Notes under the pieces: model-generated | Seen by the model: only the letters and a program-made list of their open reading frames with translations | Told to the model about the DNA's origin: nothing | Database searches by the model: none | Program-made: the position numbers and the translations under genes | Part shown: positions 18,573-27,602 of the stretch, one piece after another | Layout: each line of letters begins with the position of its first letter | How positions within the stretch are numbered: the stretch's first letter is position 1 | DNA from: an uncultured Hyphomicrobiales bacterium | GTDB lineage: Bacteria > Bacteroidota > Ignavibacteria > Kapaibacteriales > UBA2268 | Assembly (NCBI GenBank): GCA_964513465.1 | Contig: CAZEMR010000002.1 | Coordinates: forward strand, 57,479-121,478 | Reading direction: 5' to 3' | Length of the DNA: 64,000 nt

Positions 18573-18752
18573 GGTGACCTCCGTTATTTATGGTTAGAAT
18601 ATTTTTTTTCCTTTTCAGAGAGTATCGGCAACAACTTAAGAAAACTTTAGCGATTTTTGCGAAATAATTTCCCGTACCTTATTGCCGGAAATGTAAATAT
18701 ATAATATATAAACGCTTAATGCAAGCTAAAATTTTGATGATTCCGAAAATAT

Positions 18753-19571
18753 TTATTTCGATCTTAATATATATAATGCCTCGAGGCTCAGATATTTCCT
18801 CACGAATGGCATGAACGCCAGCGGAGTAAGCCGAAGGGCGGGCAGCCCGAATTTCATTTTGAACACGGGGCGCAGAAGATAATAGTCCGAATGCTCGATG
18901 GAATATCCCGCTTCGCCTGCGGCGGCGATGAATTTCCGCGGCGTCAGCCGGATGGACTGCAGGCGGCGCACCTCGCCAATGTCGTTGGGGCGCCCCTTTG
19001 CGATCAGTTTATGGAATATTGCGTCGGGCAGCAAATGGATATATGGCAGCTTCCCGCCGGGGCTAGCGACCGTGTGCTGATGGCCGCCATAAGGCGAATG
19101 ATAGGGCGGGAAGGTAACCAGCAGCCGTCCGCCGGGCTTGAGCATTTGCCTGATATTCGCCAGTGCGAGCCGGGTGTTGTCGAGGTGCTCGATGGTATCG
19201 CGGAGCATGGCCAGATCGAAAGCATTGCGCCAGGGTCCGGGCAGCGGCTCGGTCATTATATTATGCACGGCGAATTCTATATCGAGCGCGGCGATTCCGG
19301 CAATACGGCGGCCCATTTCGAGGCGGCTCGTCGCGATGTCGGTACCCAGAGAATGCCCCGCTCCGGCCTCGTTTAGCGCAGCGAGCACTCCGCCCTCGGC
19401 GCAGCCAATCTCGGCAACTGAGTCGCCTGGGGCGAATGCGCGCTGCCGCTTCAGGTATGGCGCCAGCACTTCCGCGCCGTAGCGGTACTGGTATTGCCAG
19501 TAGTATTTGTGGTCGGCGGGTATTTCGGGCGATTGGTCAATTATATTATAAGTGTCATTCATTGATTTCAT
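18753..19571 (-). CDS. class I SAM-dependent methyltransferase
   Basis: Motif I VAEIGCAEGGVL and motif post-I/II (LDIEFAVHNI, MLKPGGRLLV). Confidence 0.7.
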   Translation of the reverse strand: MKSMNDTYNIIDQSPEIPADHKYYWQYQYRYGAEVLAPYLKRQRAFAPGDSVAEIGCAEGGVLAALNEAGAGHSLGTDIATSRLEMGRRIAGIAALDIEFAVHNIMTEPLPGPWRNAFDLAMLRDTIEHLDNTRLALANIRQMLKPGGRLLVTFPPYHSPYGGHQHTVASPGGKLPYIHLLPDAIFHKLIAKGRPNDIGEVRRLQSIRLTPRKFIAAAGEAGYSIEHSDYYLLRPVFKMKFGLPALRLTPLAFMPFVRKYLSLEALYILRSK

Positions 19572-19730
19572 ATGAAAAATTTGTTAAAATAAGCTGAATT
19601 CAAATTCGTAATTGGAAAATAAATCCGATCGAATTAATCTTAGTTCGGCTTAAAAAATATATATACGCAATATAAACATTTTTATTAAATTGCTGATACA
19701 TTCCAATTCACCAACTTACCGGAGGCTTTT

Positions 19731-20678
19731 ATGAAAAACTTATTCAAATTCTCATTGTTGTCCGTATTGCTTGCGATGCTGGTGGTGTCGTGCAGCAAGG
19801 ACGACAACCCGGTCGACAACAGCGACCTTGGCCGTTTTGCCGCTACTTTCCAGTTTAAGCTGGACGGCCAGAGCAAAAATTATAAATATGGCGGCGCAGC
19901 ATACGACGCCGAGGATAGTTATTCCTACATCGCCGGCGCTAAGGATACCACCAGCTTTATTGGCGACATCACCGGCGAGATTCTCTACATCGAGCTTCCC
20001 GGCAAAAATACCGGTACATATCAGGTTATCGACGGCGAAAACGAGATATATCTCAGAATTGGCAGTGATTTTTATTCCGGTCAGTCCGGCGTAATTACGA
20101 TCTCCAAATTCGAAGGCGTTGGCGGCAAGGTAGAAGGCTCATTCAGCGCAGTGCTCAAGAATTCGCTGACCGGCGAGGAAATCAATATTACCGACGGCAG
20201 CTTTTCGGTTACGCGGTTCGAGGATGACGATTTCAGCGATGACGATAATAACAACCCGGTCGAGGGCGAGAATAGCTTTATTCTGAATGGATATGAATTT
20301 GATAATGAGCATTTCGAGGTTGACGAAAGCGCCACAAATGCCGTATTTGCATATGCTTCGGGAGATGCGGGATCGTCTATCCAGATTTATGGCACTACCG
20401 AGGTCGACGGAAATACCGAGGACATCACAATAAGCATAATCATCCGCCATGATTCGCCGGAAGCAGGCAATTACCAGATCGATCTGGAAAATACCACAAT
20501 GATAATCGACATGGGCGAGCGCACATTTATGCCGCTTTATGGCGAAATTACTATCACCAGCTATGGCGACATCGGCGACTACGTAGAGGGCACATTCGAG
20601 GGCCGGTTCAAGGGAATTGCCGACGGCAAGGAATATGATATAAGCGGCGGAAAATTCTCGGCCATGCGCACATATTGA
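19731..20678 (+). CDS. acidic lipoprotein with two tandem copies of a ~140-aa domain
   Basis: Lipobox LAMLVVSC. The segments ITISKFEGVGGKVEGSFSAV...ITDGSFSVTRFEDD and ITITSYGDIGDYVEGTFEGRF...ISGGKFSAMRTY are internal repeats. Both resemble the downstream 175-aa lipoprotein. Confidence 0.6.
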   Translation: MKNLFKFSLLSVLLAMLVVSCSKDDNPVDNSDLGRFAATFQFKLDGQSKNYKYGGAAYDAEDSYSYIAGAKDTTSFIGDITGEILYIELPGKNTGTYQVIDGENEIYLRIGSDFYSGQSGVITISKFEGVGGKVEGSFSAVLKNSLTGEEINITDGSFSVTRFEDDDFSDDDNNNPVEGENSFILNGYEFDNEHFEVDESATNAVFAYASGDAGSSIQIYGTTEVDGNTEDITISIIIRHDSPEAGNYQIDLENTTMIIDMGERTFMPLYGEITITSYGDIGDYVEGTFEGRFKGIADGKEYDISGGKFSAMRTY

Positions 20679-20697
20679 TCAAACTTATATTTAAAAT

Positions 20698-20740
20698 TAA
20701 ATGGCTGCCCGGCTTATCTGCGGGTGGCCATTTTTATTAT
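20698..20740 (+). terminator. putative rho-independent terminator after lipoprotein gene
   Basis: aaatggctgcccgg...gcgggtggccattt imperfect stem followed by ttttattat. Confidence 0.45.
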
Positions 20741-20872
20741 ATTAAAATATGCCCGCGTGTGCTTCGTACGATATATATATCCGAATCAGCTTCATTTACT
20801 TCAGCATTTTGAAATATTCGCGCTTTCTCTTCTGAAAATTCTATTTGTATCATTAAAAACGAGGAGTCTCAA

Positions 20873-21400
20873 ATGAGAAGGACTATTCATATTCTATTCA
20901 TTAGTTTTATCCTTTCGGTTGCCCTTATCGGATGCAGCGACGACGGCGACGACAATCCCACCAATGGTAATGGAGGCGATCACCCGTTCGAGGGCACTTT
21001 CGAATTCACTTCCGACGGTAATGATGTCGATTTCGGTTGGGGACTTGCCGGCCACGATGCTGATAATAACCAATCCTTTGCCTATGGCGCTGCGGACACA
21101 ACCGGCATTTCCAATTTCAATGTGGAAAACGCAATGATTATTTATTGGGAAGGAATGTCCGAAGGCACATTCCAGATTGACGGCGACAAAGTTAATATAA
21201 TCCGCTGGCTCGACGAGAGTGTGTTTTATTACGGAGTTTCGGGCGAGCTGACGATTACGCATTTTGGCGATGTAGGAGGCACAATCGAAGGCAACTTCAA
21301 TGCCAAACTGAGCAATCCGCTCGACATGGATACGGTGAACATCACCGGCGGCAATTTCTCTGTCGTCCGTGTTGACGAATTCGGCACATTGCCTGATTAA
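20873..21400 (+). CDS. acidic lipoprotein, single-domain paralogue of 19731..20678
   Basis: Lipobox VALIGCSDD. LTITHFGDVGGTIEGNFNAKL...ITGGNFSVVRVDEF is homologous to both repeats of the upstream gene. Confidence 0.6.
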   Translation: MRRTIHILFISFILSVALIGCSDDGDDNPTNGNGGDHPFEGTFEFTSDGNDVDFGWGLAGHDADNNQSFAYGAADTTGISNFNVENAMIIYWEGMSEGTFQIDGDKVNIIRWLDESVFYYGVSGELTITHFGDVGGTIEGNFNAKLSNPLDMDTVNITGGNFSVVRVDEFGTLPD

Positions 21401-21424
21401 TTAAAATTAGCCGATTAAAAATCG

Positions 21425-21461
21425 GGGCTGCCTGCTTTGAAATGCTTGCAGCCCTTTTTTT
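21425..21461. terminator. rho-independent terminator (usable in both directions)
   Basis: gggctgc...gcagccc stem followed by ttttttt. On the minus strand the hairpin is followed by gattttt. Confidence 0.55.
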
Positions 21462-21469
21462 AATACTAT

Positions 21470-21793
21470 TTACGTTGATTCCATTCTGGATGCGATTATT
21501 TTTTTGAATAACCATCTTCTGAATGCAACAAGAAATATTGAAGCTACTAAATCGGATATTGGCGAAAAATGCATTCCATCCTCGATGTCGAACAATACCC
21601 ATGAAGATAATACGAAGTCAATTGCAGCGAGCAAAATAAAAGTTGCAATGAAATCTATCCAAAATGGGCGTTTAAGCGTTTTTTGTAAATTTTCGATTTT
21701 TGCATTTTTAAATAAATCCACAGTTTCTCCAATTAATATAATTAAAATGGATCTGGACACCACCATGGAAGTTCGATGTTTAATTCTTCCCAA
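21470..21793 (-). CDS. small hypothetical membrane protein (2 predicted TM helices), AT-rich
   Basis: Hydrophobic segments ILIILIG and FIATFILLAAIDFVLSSWVLF. Downstream of the GT2 gene on the same strand. Weak support. Confidence 0.3.
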   Translation of the reverse strand: MGRIKHRTSMVVSRSILIILIGETVDLFKNAKIENLQKTLKRPFWIDFIATFILLAAIDFVLSSWVLFDIEDGMHFSPISDLVASIFLVAFRRWLFKKIIASRMEST

Positions 21794-21836
21794 AAATAGC
21801 TCTCCGGATTAATATATTAAAAATGAGTTTAAAATA

Positions 21837-22586
21837 CTAAGAATTTTTTTGATAAATTTTCCCGCGCTTTATTCCGGATTTGTTCAGGAAATGGCTGACC
21901 GATACCGAAAGCACGCCAAGGCCATACTTAACGCTTCGCCGGAAGTTGATCGAGCTGGCCTCCTTGAAATACTTCGTCGGGCAGGTGATCTCGGCGATTT
22001 CGAATCCGGCGGCGAATATCTGCGATAGCATTTGATTATCGAACACAAAATCGTCCGAATTTGCGTTGTAATTAATCGCTTCGAGCACCTCGCGCGAGAA
22101 AGCGCGATAGCCGGTGTGGTATTCCGACAGTTTCTGGCCGATCATATAATTCTGGAATAGGGTCAGAAAGCGGTTGGCTATATATTTATATTTCGGCATT
22201 CCTCCGCGCAGCGCGCCGCGCCCGAGAATTCGCGATCCCAGCACCACGGGATAGACGTCGTTGGCGATCAGGTATGCCATCGAGGGGATCAGCTTGGGTG
22301 TATATTGATAATCCGGGTGGACCATGATGACGATGTCTGCTCCAAGGGCAAGCGCCTTGTTATAGCATGACTTCTGGTTGCCGCCATAGCCTTTGTTTAT
22401 TTCGTGAACGATTACGTGGCGTATCCCGATTTCGCGGGCGAGATCGGCGGTTTTGTCGTTGCTGGCGTCGTCCACCAATACGACTTCGTCGACGATATCG
22501 CCGGGAATTTCTTCATAAGTCTTAACCAGAGTGCGCTCGGCGTTGTATGCGGGCAGCACTACCACTACTTTTTTGCCGTTAATCAT
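21837..22586 (-). CDS. family 2 glycosyltransferase (GtrB/DPM1-like)
   Basis: VVVVLPAYNAERTL, VVLVDDASNDKT and the DXD-like HPDYQYTP motifs. Confidence 0.75.
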   Translation of the reverse strand: MINGKKVVVVLPAYNAERTLVKTYEEIPGDIVDEVVLVDDASNDKTADLAREIGIRHVIVHEINKGYGGNQKSCYNKALALGADIVIMVHPDYQYTPKLIPSMAYLIANDVYPVVLGSRILGRGALRGGMPKYKYIANRFLTLFQNYMIGQKLSEYHTGYRAFSREVLEAINYNANSDDFVFDNQMLSQIFAAGFEIAEITCPTKYFKEASSINFRRSVKYGLGVLSVSVSHFLNKSGIKRGKIYQKNS

Positions 22587-22658
22587 ACGGATATGTTATT
22601 GATTTGAACAAAATAATCAGATTACAAATTTAGATAAATTAATTCAAAATAAACAGAC

Positions 22659-23417
22659 TTAATTGCCGCTGGGGGTAATTTGTTCTTCGAGCAGCCTTAG
22701 CAATCCGCGCAGAACAAGGTCGGGGATGATGTCGATATTCCGCCACTGGCGCAGAGCAAACTGCATATCGCGGGCATGGCCGCCGGTCAGAACCAGGCGC
22801 GTTGGGCGTTCGGTGATGCGGCGTTCGATGCGTTCGACGATATTGATTACCGAACCGGCGGCGCCGAAGAGCACTCCGGCAAGTATGGCGTCGTCGGTAT
22901 TCATGCCGAGCGGGATGTCGCGATGCTCGATACTGATCTCGCGAAGCTGGTCGGTGGAGTTGGCGAGCGCGGAAATCTGTGTTTTAAGCCCCGGCATAAT
23001 CGTCCCGCCGGCGAATATATTATCCTTGGCGAGCAGGTTGATCGTAATCGCGGTGCCGCAGTCGATGGTGATGAGTGGGGGCGGAAACATCGCGGCGGCT
23101 CCGGCAATTCCAAGCGCGCGGTCGGCTCCGGCTCCCGCGATATGTTTCCATTTGATAAATCTTGTGCGGTCGAGCAGTTTTGTTGCATTATATATATAAT
23201 TGGGGGGCAAATCGAGCGCCATAAGCAATTGTTCATATCGAATCGAGCTGACGCTGGAAATGCCGATTGCGTCGGGTTTCAGGCCGTGGATGAATTCCGA
23301 GGCCGTGCGTTCCCAGCCGGCGGAATAATCAGTGGCAAAGGATTCGCCCTCGGGGCCGAGGGCTTTCGCCCGGCTGTTGCCGATGTCCACGGCTGCGGAT
23401 CTGGATTTGTGAGCCAT
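22659..23417 (-). CDS. coaX: type III pantothenate kinase
   Basis: AVDIGNSRAK (phosphate 1), TIDCGTAITINLL and LTGGHA motifs of the CoaX/ASKHA fold. Confidence 0.85.
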   Translation of the reverse strand: MAHKSRSAAVDIGNSRAKALGPEGESFATDYSAGWERTASEFIHGLKPDAIGISSVSSIRYEQLLMALDLPPNYIYNATKLLDRTRFIKWKHIAGAGADRALGIAGAAAMFPPPLITIDCGTAITINLLAKDNIFAGGTIMPGLKTQISALANSTDQLREISIEHRDIPLGMNTDDAILAGVLFGAAGSVINIVERIERRITERPTRLVLTGGHARDMQFALRQWRNIDIIPDLVLRGLLRLLEEQITPSGN

Positions 23418-23418
23418 T

Positions 23419-24072
23419 TTACCGTGTCCGGCTTAATTTTCTATTGTATTTCGCAATGGCATTTTGTATGTCGACCAGCAGTCTATCGCTCGCCTGGGCG
23501 ATTGCTTTGCTGAATGCGGGAGCTATGGTTGCCACCGCGTTATTCCTTCGCGGGATTTCGATATTATACGTCTCCGAAAGCAGTATGTCGCGCTCTACTT
23601 CCATCGAACGACGCTTGATAAGATTGGCTTTCAATATGAAAACAACCCGGTTTGCGCCGCGCTCTTCTGATTCGGAATTAACGGCGATCATTTCCAGCAC
23701 CTGGCCCTCGAGTATATAATCGGGGACAATCATAGAGGTGGCGCCGATAATGCCATTGGTGAATGCTCCTGCGCGGCTGTAGCGCGATAAGATGTAATCA
23801 GTCACCATGCTTGATAAGTCTGTGATCCAGCGGTGATAATTATAGCGTTCCACCTCGGTGGGGCCGAGACGTGCGAGTATGGCGTCGGTATCGAATTCCG
23901 AAACCACATCGAATTGGCGGATTTGCAGCGCGCCGGGAACAGTGTCGATCTTTTCGAGCGAAATTGGCTGTTTCTGCAGTTCGTAATAGCTGATTGCCGG
24001 ATATTCCGTCCTGACATTGATACATCCTGTGGTAATTACTAAAAGAAGTATGAAAATGCTGGTTTTTTTCAT
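23419..24072 (-). CDS. lipoprotein of unknown function (possibly LptE/ABC-auxiliary-component-like)
   Basis: Lipobox LLLVITTGC. Translationally coupled to coaX (2-nt gap). No decisive motif. Confidence 0.4.
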   Translation of the reverse strand: MKKTSIFILLLVITTGCINVRTEYPAISYYELQKQPISLEKIDTVPGALQIRQFDVVSEFDTDAILARLGPTEVERYNYHRWITDLSSMVTDYILSRYSRAGAFTNGIIGATSMIVPDYILEGQVLEMIAVNSESEERGANRVVFILKANLIKRRSMEVERDILLSETYNIEIPRRNNAVATIAPAFSKAIAQASDRLLVDIQNAIAKYNRKLSRTR

Positions 24073-24215
24073 TATAATTCTCTCGATTTATTGATTTTTA
24101 TTATTATTGCATTGTACGAATCTGCGAATTCGGAAAAAAGCAGAAAGTCAGGTTCGGCAAAATGTTTCTCTATTTTTCAATTATACCAATTTTATCAGCA
24201 AATATCAAATAGTTA

Positions 24216-24944
24216 ATGGTTTATTTTATTTCGGACATACATCTCGGATTATTTGGACGGCAGCGCGAACGTGAGCGGGAGACCCTGCTAATCGATTTTC
24301 TCGAGAAAATCAGCGGCGACGCGACGCATCTTATCATCGCAGGCGATCTGTTCGACTACTGGTTCGAATACAAAACGGTTATCCCGCGGGCATTCGTTCG
24401 CACTTTGGGTGTGCTGAATGAATTGCAGACGAGCGGAGTCCGAATCGAATATGTAATGGGCAATCACGACTTCGGGCATTGGGATTTCTTCGAGCACGAC
24501 CTCGGCATTCCGGTGCACAAGGAAGACATCGTACGGGAATACTCCGGTTGCAGGTTCTACATATCCCACGGAGACGGGAAGTCCTATAAAGACACCGGAT
24601 ATAAAATTCTGAAAAAAATATTACGCAGCCCGGTTTCGCTGAAATTATATTCCTGGCTGCATCCCGACGCCGGCATCGGACTTGCGCTGGCCAGCAGCCG
24701 CAAAAGCCGCAAGCATACCGACCAGAAGGACTACGGCCAAAGAGACGGAATGCTCGATTTCGCAAAATCAAAAATCGAGGAGGGGTTCGATTATGTAATA
24801 ATGGGCCACCGCCATCAGGCCGTCCGCAAGCAGTTCGGCAAGGGGTGGTATGTCAATCTTGGCGAATGGATCAATAATCCCACATTTGCCCGCTTCGATG
24901 GCGAAAAAATCGAGCTGATGCGAGTAGCAGATTTCCTCGATTAG
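24216..24944 (+). CDS. calcineurin-like metallophosphoesterase, UDP-2,3-diacylglucosamine hydrolase (LpxH)-like
   Basis: ISDIHLG, GDLFDYWFE and GNHDF motifs. Size is about 240 aa. Confidence 0.55.
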   Translation: MVYFISDIHLGLFGRQRERERETLLIDFLEKISGDATHLIIAGDLFDYWFEYKTVIPRAFVRTLGVLNELQTSGVRIEYVMGNHDFGHWDFFEHDLGIPVHKEDIVREYSGCRFYISHGDGKSYKDTGYKILKKILRSPVSLKLYSWLHPDAGIGLALASSRKSRKHTDQKDYGQRDGMLDFAKSKIEEGFDYVIMGHRHQAVRKQFGKGWYVNLGEWINNPTFARFDGEKIELMRVADFLD

Positions 24945-25738
24945 CTTTCGCTTTCCTTAAATATATTCTGCCGGAAGCGCCCGAATTCGTCGAATACGTA
25001 GCTGCGCGACGACGCAACGCTGATGAATACCGTCATTACGCTGGCGGACATTACCGCAATCATAATCATAATCTGATATTTAATCGCCACTGTTGGGTCG
25101 CTGCCGCCGAGAATCTGGCCTGTCATCATCCCCGGCAGCGAGATTATCCCCATAGTCGCAGTATTGGCGATCGTTGGGCTGAATGCGTCTTTGAGCGCAT
25201 CGCGGAAATAATCGAAGAGCGCTTCGTTGCGGGTGGCGCCGGTCATTATGCGGAATTTATATGTCTCCTCTGATTTGCGGATCGTCTGATAAAACGAGCG
25301 GATGCCGATAATCGCGCTGGTCAGGCAATTGCCCAGTATCATACCGACGATCGGGATCATATACCGCGCGGCGGTAACGTTGTCCAGCTCGAGCACTATT
25401 GCCAGAAACACCAGCGCGGGGATAGCCATCCCGATAAATACGCCCGCCAGCACCGACGGGAAGAAAAATTTCTGCCGCAGATCGCTGCGGCGGATGATAG
25501 TATGCGTGGCCGTAAGCGTCATTACCAGCACCCAGAGCGAATTGAGCCACCATGCGTCGAGATCGAATATGTATTCCAGATATAATCCCACCAGCAGAAG
25601 CTGGACGGTCATCCGGCCGAATGCGATCAGCAGCGAGCTGACCAGCCCTGTGCGGAAATACGCAAATACGGCAATCGGGATCAGCAGCAGCAAAAAGCCG
25701 ATGCCGAGCTGCAGCCAGCCAATATCTATGGTGTTCAT
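24941..25738 (-). CDS. fetB: iron export ABC transporter permease FetB (UPF0014/YbbM family)
   Basis: The LPGMMTGQILGGSDPTVAIKYQIM motif is characteristic of FetB/YbbM. About 7 TM helices. Overlaps the upstream ATPase gene by 4 nt. Confidence 0.75.
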   Translation of the reverse strand: MNTIDIGWLQLGIGFLLLLIPIAVFAYFRTGLVSSLLIAFGRMTVQLLLVGLYLEYIFDLDAWWLNSLWVLVMTLTATHTIIRRSDLRQKFFFPSVLAGVFIGMAIPALVFLAIVLELDNVTAARYMIPIVGMILGNCLTSAIIGIRSFYQTIRKSEETYKFRIMTGATRNEALFDYFRDALKDAFSPTIANTATMGIISLPGMMTGQILGGSDPTVAIKYQIMIMIAVMSASVMTVFISVASSRSYVFDEFGRFRQNIFKESES

Positions 25739-26376
25739 TTGCGGCCTCCTATATCGATAATCTTATCGCAGCTCTCCAGCCAGCGTTTTTCGTGCGAAGT
25801 CGATAGCACCGCCGAGTCGTTTTCGTCGAGCATAAATCGCACCGCATGATCGATCGACCCCTCGTCGAGCGCCGAGGTCGGCTCGTCGAGCAGAAGCAGC
25901 GGCCGCTTCAGCAGGCGGCATATCAGCAGTCCGACTCGCTGCTTTTCGCCGCCGGAGATTTTTGTGAATTCCTTATCCAGAATATCTTCGGATAATCCGA
26001 GGGAATCGAGACCGCTGAGGATGTCTTCGCGGTCGGGGTCAAGTCCTTTATTGTCGGAATAAGTAAACGGGCGGCGGATTACTTCGCGGACTTTGCCCTG
26101 GCCGGGGGCTGCGACGTTTTGCGGCAGCCAGCACATATCGCGGCGGAGATCGTCGATATCTCCATTGCCCAGCATTTTGCCGCGTATATATATATTGCCG
26201 GAGTCGGGGTGCTCGAATCCCATGATGGCCGAGAGCAGCGATGATTTGCCGCTGCCCGAGGGGCCTTTGAGCGCCACTTTATCGCCCGGAGCGAGCGAGA
26301 GATCGAAATCATCGAATATCTTCCGGCCGTCGAATGCCAGCGTAAGGCCCTTTATTTGTAATACTTTTTCGCTCAT
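25735..26376 (-). CDS. fetA: ABC transporter ATP-binding protein FetA-like
   Basis: Walker A GPSGSGKSSL. Signature LSGGEKQR. Walker B LLLLDEPTSALD. Paired with fetB. Confidence 0.75.
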   Translation of the reverse strand: MSEKVLQIKGLTLAFDGRKIFDDFDLSLAPGDKVALKGPSGSGKSSLLSAIMGFEHPDSGNIYIRGKMLGNGDIDDLRRDMCWLPQNVAAPGQGKVREVIRRPFTYSDNKGLDPDREDILSGLDSLGLSEDILDKEFTKISGGEKQRVGLLICRLLKRPLLLLDEPTSALDEGSIDHAVRFMLDENDSAVLSTSHEKRWLESCDKIIDIGGRK

Positions 26377-26528
26377 AAGTAATATTATATGAATTTGTGG
26401 ATTTGTGTACTACAAATATAGTTTTATTAGTTAAAAAAGGTTTATATTTTGAATAAATTTTCGTATGTTTTAATCGGAATCAAGGTCTCCCGATATTCAC
26501 ATCCAATAAATTAATAACGAGGTTAGCC

Positions 26529-27461
26529 ATGAAAAAGATTGGCATCCTGTTCGGAATGGAAACGGCGTTTCCCGAAGAATTGGTCCGCCGCATTAACGCC
26601 GCGGACAAGAGCGGACTGACATCTGAATATGCCAGCCTCGGAGCGATAACCATAGATCAGAAGCCGGATTACGACGTGGTGCTCGACCGCATCTCGCCGC
26701 GGATTCCGTATTATGTTGCCGCGCTTAAGTCTGCCGCAGTCAACGGAGTTCGCGTGGTAAACAATCCGTTTATGAATTGCTTCCCTGATAATTTTTTCTT
26801 TTATAATATTGCCAAAAAGCTGGATATACCGCTGCCGCGGACGGCAATATTGCCCAGCAAGCATCATCCGCACGGCGTCACGGCGGATTTCCTGCGCAAT
26901 CTGCAATATCCGCTGAATTGGGATGAGATATTCGAATACGTCGGCTGGCCGGCATACCTGAAGGCCAACTCCGGCAGCGACGAATTCAATATGTATAAAA
27001 TTTACAACAAATCGGAATTCTTCTCTGCTTACGATCTGACGGGCCGGAATGTGATGCTGCTACAGCAGTGCGTCGATTACAACGATTATTTCCGTTGCTT
27101 TGCAATCGGGCAGCGCGATTACAGGGTGCTGCATTACGATCCGTCGCGGCCTCAGCATCTGCGGTATAAGCCGGAACCGCTGGCGGAGGATCATCCCGTT
27201 TTTGCGAAAATCCGCGACTATTCTCAAAAAATTGCGAAAGCGTTCGATCTGGATTTCAACGCGGTCGATTTTGCCGTCAATGGCCGGGAAGTCGTTGCGG
27301 TGGATATATATAACCCGGCGCCGAAGCTCGAGCGCGGCCATCTGCTCGACGAGAATTTCGAATGGATTGCCGACCGCACAGCCGATATGCTGATTCGAAG
27401 GGCGTCGAGTCCGGCCGCCGAGAAAAAATTCTACGACAAACTGATCGATATGATCCGCTGA
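26529..27461 (+). CDS. ATP-grasp-fold protein (RimK/glutathione-synthetase-like), function unknown
   Basis: YLKANSGSDEF (K plus glycine-rich loop) and the C-terminal VAVDIYNPAPKLE metal-binding-like motif. Weak similarity only. Confidence 0.4.
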   Translation: MKKIGILFGMETAFPEELVRRINAADKSGLTSEYASLGAITIDQKPDYDVVLDRISPRIPYYVAALKSAAVNGVRVVNNPFMNCFPDNFFFYNIAKKLDIPLPRTAILPSKHHPHGVTADFLRNLQYPLNWDEIFEYVGWPAYLKANSGSDEFNMYKIYNKSEFFSAYDLTGRNVMLLQQCVDYNDYFRCFAIGQRDYRVLHYDPSRPQHLRYKPEPLAEDHPVFAKIRDYSQKIAKAFDLDFNAVDFAVNGREVVAVDIYNPAPKLERGHLLDENFEWIADRTADMLIRRASSPAAEKKFYDKLIDMIR

Positions 27462-27602
27462 GATTTGTGATTAATTGCGCTAAGTCCCGAAGTCACATCA
27501 GGCTGCGGGATTTTCGCGTTGTGCGGTCGATTTTACTTTAAGCTCTATTTTTTGTATTTTGAATATTCCTGAATTCGCATTTAAAAATCACAGAGGAATA
27601 AT

